DNA from: Candidatus Heimdallarchaeota archaeon
GTDB lineage: Archaea; Asgardarchaeota; Heimdallarchaeia; Heimdallarchaeales; Heimdallarchaeaceae
NCBI GenBank assembly: GCA_018238545.1
Contig: JABCTC010000011.1
Location: 5,245-69,244 of the forward strand
Direction of reading: 5' to 3'
Length of the DNA: 64,000 nucleotides
Below the pieces are notes generated by a model. That model was not told the DNA's origin, ran no database searches, and was given only the letters and a program-made list of their open reading frames with translations. Each line of letters begins with the position of its first letter. The first letter of the stretch is position 1. Positions 9,757 through 17,138 of the stretch are shown piece by piece. The translations under genes and the position numbers were made by a program.

Positions 9757-12700
9757 TCAATCAGCATTGTTTGTTATCAGTTTTTCTTCTTTCACCAAAA
9801 TCATTATCCTTTCAAGAATCGCTTCATTAGAGTATTCATCAAGTTGATCCATAATAAGAGCAGTAGTAGCTTTGCCTTTACCATTGATAAAGGAGACAAT
9901 CTCTTGGTCTATGGTTTTTAGTTTACTAAGATCTTCAAGTGTCTTTGATGGTGCTTGTAGTGGAAACATGAACCAAAGGAATAGTTCTTCTACCACTTTT
10001 TCGTTGATACTTGTCTTATATTCGTTGAATATATCCATCGAGCCTTCCCATTTTGCCCCCTCGTACCCGAAAATCACATCAAACCATTTAACAAGATTAT
10101 CTAACCCTTGTTCAAATTCTACTTCTAATTCTGTATCAGAGAAAGAATATATAGTATACGCTCCACTTGAAGCACTTGTTACAACAAAATTATAATATTC
10201 TATTTTCTTAATACCTGTTCTTGCACCACTCATTTCTGCCCCTATTGATGATATTGCTTGAAGTACTCCACTGATTATTGACGGATCTAACTCTGCTCTC
10301 TCATCCAAACTGTATTCATAAATTGGAGAACTAGTTTCATGATGAACTACAAGTATACGTTTTATCATAAATGCAGATTGAAAGATAGCTCGAGCCTTTG
10401 ATTTGTCCGCTTCATGTTCTTCTTTTCTCTTGCTCATTTGTGTTCTAGTAACAAAGAATGCTCCTACACCTAGTCCTGCAACTACAACTAGTGACAGTGC
10501 AATTATCAAACCTATTGGTAGTCCTCCAGTTGGTGTTTTAATACTAATTGTTGCAAGAATAAAACTCAGCACTGTGTCATATCCTTCTTTGGACGCTGTT
10601 ACTCTAACGTTCAGTGTTTTGGTTTCAGGTTCGTTAATTCGAATTATGAGTGTATATATACCATCATTCTCTGAGTTTTCAATTATTTCCACACCAGGTT
10701 TTGCTATATCTAAAGATACTTCTATTGTTGCACCTTTAATTTGTTCAGAATGTGTTTCATCTATCCATTCAAAAGTCAAAGTTATCTGACTGCTAGTATT
10801 TGTCTCTGAAACTGTAATGATTGGTTCGACAGAGGTATCTGCAACAGCTAATATGTCGTAATTGATTGTATTTGATGCTATCGGATCACCTAGCGATTCA
10901 ACAAAATAGATTTTCTGAACAGAGATTTCTACTTCATAATTTGCAGGTAAGTTATCTAATACATCATTATAGATAGTTAACAAGAAGTGATCATCGACCC
11001 CAACACTCATGTATTCAACCATTGGTGTTAATGAAGTTCCATTTATTGCTACATGTATGGAAAGGTTGTTAGTAATTGGAGCACTTCCATTTGTTACATC
11101 TACAACAGAAAATGTAAATTCTGCGTTATCAATGTAATAGTACACCGGATTTACAGATTGAGGTTCAAGGACACGGAACTCATGTAGTAGAATCAAAGAA
11201 AATTGATCTGAATGAGATTGTAAGAATGGTCCTTTTGCATATATATCTATGAGATAGGACCCTTCTGTTATATTTGGTGCTAGACTATAACTATAATTTC
11301 CTGAATCAAATGCAAGATTATCTGTATCTAACCAACTTGTTGTATAGTAAACATCTCCGTTAGGAATGTATGTTCCTAAACCTGTAAAGAATGGATCGCT
11401 GATATTGTAGTAACTAACTTTAATGTTAATCGCTTCACCATTTATTCTAGTAATCTCAGTAGAGGATAATTCTAACCAGTCTCCTCCTACTTCTTCTTCT
11501 ACGAAGAATGAAGCCAATGTTGGTTTGAAAACAGTAATTGTTTGAGTGAAAAGTCCTGCTTCCGTACCGTTTGTCCAATAATAAACCACTGTCCAATATC
11601 CTTCAGCATCTGATGCAGATATAGACGGATCAAATGTAACATTGGCTTTGAAAAGTGAACCTTCTGTATAAGCATCATTAGTATAGGAAGAATTGTCTAG
11701 ATAGATAAGATTAACCGGCAATGAGCTCTTCAGTGGAAGTATATTACCATTACTATCCAATACGGAATAATTTAGTGCCCCCCCGCTCGTTATGAAATTC
11801 TCTATGCTTGCAGTCGACAGTATTGTCGTTCCTTCAAAACCAAATGCGTGTGTCTCATTATTTGTCCAGTATCCTAACTCTTGAAGTGTATCACTTATGG
11901 ACGTCGTTGTGATGTAATTTGGACTTGTAATCGTGAACTCAAAGTTTCCGCTATCATATTGGTTTATGTTAAATAAGATGGATAAATTATACTCAAAAAC
12001 ATTTCCAACCCAACTTCCAGTTATTGGAATCCCCCCATTCAATAAAAATGAGAAAGCTGTTTTATTCCAATCATTTGGAACAGAAAATGCTTGAAATCTA
12101 GTGGTGTTTGTATATGTTCCCAAACTCACAACATCTGTAGTCCAAGAATGAGTCCATGTGTTACTATACTCATTATATGTAGAATTAAGAAGATCAATTA
12201 CCGAAGTAGAAGCGTAAGTTCTACTAAATTGATAACTACTGTTCGATTGAAGAATAACGGCCCTATTTGATGTTAATATATGAAGCCCAGTTCCACTAAT
12301 AATTTGATCGAGTGTTGTAACATTAGCTCCATTATCAGTTAGATCCACTGTTGTTGGATCTGTATATGTCAGGGGATTTCCACCACTATCTGATTCTTGT
12401 ATATGAGAGGCAAATGCAACAGTTCTCCCATTTGGATCAGGACCGACCCAGCTTGTCCCATCATGATAATACGTTATTCCTTGAGAAATTTGTTGGCTTC
12501 TCCAGAATAATCCTGAATCATCATCAACATCAATAGTTGAAAGGTTTGCAACAACGAAATAGGATCCAATACTTAATGTATAGTCTACAAAATCGATGTA
12601 CGCCATGATGTCTATACTACTCACGGGAAGAGGATTAGCTAGACTAAATGTGTTATCAATGGCAGTACTTAGAATTGCACTCATATTGGGTGTTCCGGAC

Positions 12701-13269
12701 ACACTTTTTTCTACAAGAAATATATCTATTTCATCTCCAACATAACCTAATCCGAAAATTTCTAATCCCAATTGGGCTCCATGGAATATAGCATAAGGAG
12801 TAAGTACATCAAACCCAATAGCATAACTTATTCTTGAAGATGTTAATTCATCAACAATTCTATTTCCTCCATCTTGAATGAAATCTACATCAATAGCACT
12901 TTCAAGTGTCAGATTATATTGTAATATGTCATCTGAATAACTTGTGGGAGAGGTAATAGTGTAAGAATTATTATAACCATTAGTTGAATTCAAATCAATG
13001 TTAAGAGAATCGTATACAGCTAAAGTGTCATCAATGACAAGAGAATCTCCTGAATCCGATAAACTATCAATGGGTGTATAATCATATTTAATTCGGTTGG
13101 TCAAATCCGAAGTATTTGGTGAGATGTTATCATCATCGATAATATTTGAAAAAGAATCTATGGAGAAATTGTTGAGATTGTTTTCTATTAGAATTGATGA
13201 CACAAGTGAAAATGTGAAAAGCGCAATAATTGTACATGATAAAATTTTTTTGTTGATATTATGACCCAT
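9757..13269 (-). CDS. Large single-pass membrane protein, paralog of 6294-9569: sequon-rich ectodomain, TM helix, 230-aa cytosolic module (family member 2)
   Basis: N-terminal anchor ILSCTIIALFTFSLVSSIL and TM LPIGLIIALSLVVVAGLGVGAFFV. Several ectodomain blocks are shared with 6294-9569, for example EGYWTVVYYWTNGTEAG versus EGIWTAFVYWNNGTEIG. It has the conserved cytosolic module. Confidence 0.85.
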   Translation of the reverse strand: MGHNINKKILSCTIIALFTFSLVSSILIENNLNNFSIDSFSNIIDDDNISPNTSDLTNRIKYDYTPIDSLSDSGDSLVIDDTLAVYDSLNIDLNSTNGYNNSYTITSPTSYSDDILQYNLTLESAIDVDFIQDGGNRIVDELTSSRISYAIGFDVLTPYAIFHGAQLGLEIFGLGYVGDEIDIFLVEKSVSGTPNMSAILSTAIDNTFSLANPLPVSSIDIMAYIDFVDYTLSIGSYFVVANLSTIDVDDDSGLFWRSQQISQGITYYHDGTSWVGPDPNGRTVAFASHIQESDSGGNPLTYTDPTTVDLTDNGANVTTLDQIISGTGLHILTSNRAVILQSNSSYQFSRTYASTSVIDLLNSTYNEYSNTWTHSWTTDVVSLGTYTNTTRFQAFSVPNDWNKTAFSFLLNGGIPITGSWVGNVFEYNLSILFNINQYDSGNFEFTITSPNYITTTSISDTLQELGYWTNNETHAFGFEGTTILSTASIENFITSGGALNYSVLDSNGNILPLKSSLPVNLIYLDNSSYTNDAYTEGSLFKANVTFDPSISASDAEGYWTVVYYWTNGTEAGLFTQTITVFKPTLASFFVEEEVGGDWLELSSTEITRINGEAINIKVSYYNISDPFFTGLGTYIPNGDVYYTTSWLDTDNLAFDSGNYSYSLAPNITEGSYLIDIYAKGPFLQSHSDQFSLILLHEFRVLEPQSVNPVYYYIDNAEFTFSVVDVTNGSAPITNNLSIHVAINGTSLTPMVEYMSVGVDDHFLLTIYNDVLDNLPANYEVEISVQKIYFVESLGDPIASNTINYDILAVADTSVEPIITVSETNTSSQITLTFEWIDETHSEQIKGATIEVSLDIAKPGVEIIENSENDGIYTLIIRINEPETKTLNVRVTASKEGYDTVLSFILATISIKTPTGGLPIGLIIALSLVVVAGLGVGAFFVTRTQMSKRKEEHEADKSKARAIFQSAFMIKRILVVHHETSSPIYEYSLDERAELDPSIISGVLQAISSIGAEMSGARTGIKKIEYYNFVVTSASSGAYTIYSFSDTELEVEFEQGLDNLVKWFDVIFGYEGAKWEGSMDIFNEYKTSINEKVVEELFLWFMFPLQAPSKTLEDLSKLKTIDQEIVSFINGKGKATTALIMDQLDEYSNEAILERIMILVKEEKLITNNAD

Positions 13270-13363
13270 TATAATCCCAGAAGATTTGTTTTTAGTTTAT
13301 ATGTTAATTTTACTTTAAATCTTTATTGTTTATATTTATTACGTAGGTGTAGATAGTTGATAC

Positions 13364-14047
13364 TTAATCATGAGAGGAAGTAACCAAATAACCTTTATCC
13401 ACTAAACCAAATATCTCATTTAGAATTTCTTCTTCATCAAATTGCTTGAAATAATCTAACAGACGTGCTGATGTACAACTCTTGTTTTTATCTACACACT
13501 CAAAGATAGTCCTGCCAAACACTGACAACTGTTTTGTATCTAATTGTTTGTTCTTGGATGTTTGAAGGGGATAAAGCAACCAGAGATACAGATTCTGTGA
13601 AATTTTGTTTTCGATTATAGCTTTGTTAATTTTAAAAATGTCTAGTGAACCATCCCAATTATCCTTTATTGATCGAAAGGCTGTGCTAAACCATGAAATT
13701 AACTTCTGCATTCCTTTTTCAATCTCTTTTTCTAAATCGGTTTCAGAAAATATATAAATTGTAAAACCATTGAAGTGAGACCCTGATACAACAAAGCCAT
13801 GAAATTCAAGTTTCTTAAAGCCCGTTGGTCTTCCTATCATCTCTTGACCTATAACTGATATAGCTTCAAGAATCCCAGTAATCATAGAAGAATCAAAAGG
13901 AATCGTGTTTTCAACATCTTTTTCGAATACTGGAAGACTTGTTTCATGGTGAACTATCAGAATTTTTTGAATCATGAAGACAGTTTGATAAATGTCTCGT
14001 AGTCTATTATAAGGTAAATTATCCGTACTAACCATTGTTTCGCTCAA
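13364..14047 (-). CDS. Stand-alone copy of the cytosolic module (predicted Roadblock/longin-like alpha/beta domain plus winged-helix-like C-terminus), family member 3
   Basis: 227 aa. Aligns block by block with the C-termini of the two upstream giants: ILIVHHETSLPVFEK, DSSMITGILEAISVIGQEM, GFKKLEFHGFVV, NWDGSLD, LYLWLLYPLQ, ILNEIFGLVDKGYLV. Confidence 0.8.
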   Translation of the reverse strand: MSETMVSTDNLPYNRLRDIYQTVFMIQKILIVHHETSLPVFEKDVENTIPFDSSMITGILEAISVIGQEMIGRPTGFKKLEFHGFVVSGSHFNGFTIYIFSETDLEKEIEKGMQKLISWFSTAFRSIKDNWDGSLDIFKINKAIIENKISQNLYLWLLYPLQTSKNKQLDTKQLSVFGRTIFECVDKNKSCTSARLLDYFKQFDEEEILNEIFGLVDKGYLVTSSHD

Positions 14048-14269
14048 TCTTGAACCCCCAAGATTTGCAATTAGATTTACGGACTTCCTTTTGTAAGTTC
14101 CTCCTTAAAAACTTTCTTGGTAAAAGTGGTAGAAGAAAAATTTTTGTAAGACTTTATTTTTATCTATGTATTAGTATCATACCTTATTAGTTAGTCTCCC
14201 TTCTTGAAAGAAGACCTTAAGACAATCTTTTAAGAATAAAGTTTTTAATTTTAGTTTCATTTTATAAGT

Positions 14270-14824
14270 ATGGTAAAACCATATCATCAATATGATTATA
14301 GAAGCTTTTCAATGTATTATGATGGTGACGCATTAAGAATAAGCAAAAAAGGATCATCTCCTATTGATAGAGAAGAATTCATCAGAGAAACAGATAATGA
14401 ATTGCTAATCTATTATGAAGAGGAATATGATGGTATACATAATGCGTTTCTATTCGATTTCCATTCTGGAGATTGTGTATTTTACAAAACAGAACAAAGT
14501 TTCTTAGATTACTTAGATGACGATAACAACTTTATTGGTTGGGGAAACTCAGTTACATTAAAACGAACAGAAAATGACGATAGATTCGAATCGATGCCAT
14601 GGAATACAACGAGTGTATGGACAGGATATATGTACTGGAAGATTGGGAAAGCTCTAGATGATGAGGAAACTAGACAATACATCGCTGAAAAAAAGAGTCG
14701 CAACCCATCACTGATACCTTTACCGGTAGAAAATCTTCTTGAGAAAGCAATTCGAGCATATCAAACGTATATGAATGAGGCGAAAGAGAAGAGGGAACAA
14801 AGCAAAAATAATAAAGACGTATAA
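14270..14824 (+). CDS. Hypothetical protein (acidic, no recognised motifs)
   Basis: 184-aa ORF in its own intergenic context, divergent from 13364-14047. Confidence 0.5.
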   Translation: MVKPYHQYDYRSFSMYYDGDALRISKKGSSPIDREEFIRETDNELLIYYEEEYDGIHNAFLFDFHSGDCVFYKTEQSFLDYLDDDNNFIGWGNSVTLKRTENDDRFESMPWNTTSVWTGYMYWKIGKALDDEETRQYIAEKKSRNPSLIPLPVENLLEKAIRAYQTYMNEAKEKREQSKNNKDV

Positions 14825-14840
14825 GTAAATTTCAGAAAGT

Positions 14841-15083
14841 ATGGTATTTGTTTACCTAGCATTGAAAACACCAACCATTTCATGGTTAGATTCACTGTTT
14901 TACTGGTCTTGGTCTATGTATATAGGTATAGCTACAAGTATGCTTTGTGTGTTTTTCATATTATTAGATAATAGAGAGTTGTGGCCCCTTTATCCATCAA
15001 TTGGAACATTCGTATTTGCTGTTCTAATTACTATTCAAAAATTTACTTTAAAGAACTTAAATAAGAAAATAGTGGAGGACTAA
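14841..15083 (+). CDS. Small membrane protein (2-3 predicted TM helices)
   Basis: 80-aa hydrophobic ORF starting 17 nt after the preceding gene. Confidence 0.4.
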   Translation: MVFVYLALKTPTISWLDSLFYWSWSMYIGIATSMLCVFFILLDNRELWPLYPSIGTFVFAVLITIQKFTLKNLNKKIVED

Positions 15084-15115
15084 CACATAGTCGCTATTAT
15101 ATCTATATTTGTAAA

Positions 15116-15271
15116 TTATGTTCTAGATTTATTTTGTACTAGAGGTTCAACTTCATCATTTAATATGTGTAACAAAAAATGTGGCACACAGTATATCTTA
15201 CCATCTTCAGCATGAATTAGATGTCTATTATTTACATACCCACAAAGATGACACTTTTCAATCAAGATCAT
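15116..15271 (-). CDS. Unlisted 51-aa ORF, possible small zinc-binding protein
   Basis: My hand translation of the minus strand gives MILIEKCHLCGYVNNRHLIHAEDGKIYCVPHFLLHILNDEVEPLVQNKSRT, with a CxxC plus C..H pattern. It is below the ORF-track length cutoff. Confidence 0.3.
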   Translation of the reverse strand: MILIEKCHLCGYVNNRHLIHAEDGKIYCVPHFLLHILNDEVEPLVQNKSRT

Positions 15272-15480
15272 ATTTCCATCGCTTCGTATTGTATCAAGTA
15301 ACCATCAACTATTTATAAATTTAATTTTAAGTGTTTTGTAATAAATATAGGTAATGTTAAATAAATATAAATTGAGTTAAATAAATATAGGTGTGGTGTG
15401 ATAACTATCATTACTAAACTATATAGTCAAAAAACCTGCTATGAAAAGTGAGCAAAAAATGAAGAAAAGATAGAAAAATA

Positions 15481-15870
15481 TTACATTTGAGTAAACTTAT
15501 CTGCAAAATCAGATCTTAGTTGAGATTCAATTTCTTCCAGATTATCTTCGATTTTTCTAACTTCAAGCTTTTTCTTATCCATTTTCTTCTGAATGTCTGT
15601 TATGTTTTTCTTATATTTAGCAATAGCCGCTTCCTTTTTCTTCAGTTTCATCTCTTGTTTCAGAGCTTTGTCTTCATTACCACTTTCTCTGAATTTTTGA
15701 ATCTTAAGAAGCTGTTCTTGAACTTCAGCTTTCCCTTCAGCTTGTTTCCGCTGTAAACTTGCTTTATCTCCTTCTAGCTCATTGAAATCTTCTTTTTCAT
15801 CAAACAGTTTTTCCTTGGTTTTGAATTTTTTTGCTAGTTTTTTGTAATATTTTATGTCTCGATCACTCAT
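15481..15870 (-). CDS. Lys/Glu-rich coiled-coil protein, function unknown
   Basis: 129 aa with heptad-like K/E-rich composition throughout. Confidence 0.5.
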   Translation of the reverse strand: MSDRDIKYYKKLAKKFKTKEKLFDEKEDFNELEGDKASLQRKQAEGKAEVQEQLLKIQKFRESGNEDKALKQEMKLKKKEAAIAKYKKNITDIQKKMDKKKLEVRKIEDNLEEIESQLRSDFADKFTQM

Positions 15871-15972
15871 GGGTATGCAAATAGTTTTTTGTTCTATAAA
15901 TGTATTCTGTACCCGGAAAAATTAGCCGCTCTTAAGCACAACATTCTTTAGTCTTTTTGAGAATCTTTCATA

Positions 15973-16539
15973 ATGTCCTTTTTTGATAACTGGTACAGAG
16001 GTGATGCCACCTTAAAAGCTGAACCAGATGAAGAATTAGTAAAATTATTCAATGAAAAAGGTGATGGGAAGGTTCTAGATATTGGTTGTGGACGGGGAAG
16101 AAATAGTCTTTATCTTGCAAGTCTTGGTTATGATGTTATTGCAGTTGATGTCTCAAAACATGCTATCATACAATTAGATCAAAATGCAAAATTACTTGGT
16201 TATGATATTGAGGGTATAGTTTGTGATATTGGAGATTATTCTTTCACAGAAAAATATGATATAATAGTTATAAGTAATGTTCTTCAATTCATTTTAAAGA
16301 GGGTTGAACAAATCAATATAATTTACAAAGTGATGGAATACATAACTACTAATGGAACTATTTTTATTAAGCATCCATTAACAATACTGGATTTAGAAAG
16401 TCAGTGCTTAAGAAATGGTATGTTGAATCGATTTTTTACTCATTCTGAATTTAACTGGGAAATATTGCTTGATGTTAACAAACTCGCTGGACGTAAGAAA
16501 GATTGTGAATTGAATATTTTCATAGCTAAGAAATCTTGA
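15973..16539 (+). CDS. Class I SAM-dependent methyltransferase (TehB-like small MTase)
   Basis: Motif I VLDIGCGRGRNSLYLA, an acidic post-I residue (VIAVDVS), and motif II-like IIVISNVLQF. Confidence 0.7.
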   Translation: MSFFDNWYRGDATLKAEPDEELVKLFNEKGDGKVLDIGCGRGRNSLYLASLGYDVIAVDVSKHAIIQLDQNAKLLGYDIEGIVCDIGDYSFTEKYDIIVISNVLQFILKRVEQINIIYKVMEYITTNGTIFIKHPLTILDLESQCLRNGMLNRFFTHSEFNWEILLDVNKLAGRKKDCELNIFIAKKS

Positions 16540-16573
16540 AATAAAAGATAACAAGAGATTAAGTGCAATCTAC

Positions 16574-16600
16574 AATGACAAGGGTATCCGTCATTTTTTT
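16574..16600 (+). terminator. Short hairpin followed by a T7 run downstream of the methyltransferase gene
   Basis: AATGAC (16574-16579) pairs with GTCATT (16590-16595), overlapping an oligo-T run at 16594-16600. Archaeal termination typically uses oligo-T. Confidence 0.35.
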
Positions 16601-16752
16601 CAAAACAGAAGAATAGAAGATTGTATTTGTATTAACCACATACTTTATTAGGCTTCAATCTAACCTTTCATACTGATTAAAAATAAGAATGTTAGATTTT
16701 GTTTAAGTCTTTGAAAGATTAACTCGTTTCTGATAGTCGATTTTTAATTAAG

Positions 16753-16770
16753 GAATCTCTCACGAGATTC
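16753..16770 (+). promoter_or_regulatory. Perfect 7-bp stem / 4-nt loop hairpin in the leader of the cold-shock gene
   Basis: GAATCTC-tcac-GAGATTC at 16753-16770, 30 nt upstream of the TTG start. A GGAGG Shine-Dalgarno-like element lies at 16788-16792. Confidence 0.4.
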
Positions 16771-16799
16771 GAAACAATAATTCAATTGGAGGAATTAAC

Positions 16800-16997
16800 T
16801 TGAAAGGAAATATCAAAAGAATGATTTCTGATAAAGGTTATGGATTCATCACTGTAGAAGGAGAAGAAAAAGATCTCTTTTTCCACCGTACTGGTACTAC
16901 AGGTGAATTTGATGATCTCAATGAAGGAGACGAAGTCGAATTCGATCTAGAAGAAACCGATAGAGGAACTCAAGCAAATAACGTAAACAAAGTCTAA
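16800..16997 (+). CDS. csp: Cold-shock domain protein (CspA family)
   Basis: KGYGFI (RNP1-like) and LFFHR (RNP2-like) motifs in a 65-aa OB-fold-sized protein. It uses a TTG start preceded by GGAGG. Confidence 0.8.
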   Translation: MKGNIKRMISDKGYGFITVEGEEKDLFFHRTGTTGEFDDLNEGDEVEFDLEETDRGTQANNVNKV

Positions 16998-17035
16998 GAT
17001 TGAAAGGAATGTAAATTTCAGACACTTAGAATTAC

Positions 17036-17063
17036 TTTCTTTTTTTATCTATTTTTTATTTTT
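17036..17063 (+). terminator. Series of oligo-T runs after the csp gene
   Basis: The sequence tttctttttttatctattttttattttt starts about 40 nt after the stop codon. Confidence 0.3.
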
Positions 17064-17138
17064 CAATAATTATGCTAGAAATTACTAAAATCAGACATTC
17101 ATATGCTTTTTCAGTAAATAAGAAAGTTAAAGCTAGTT

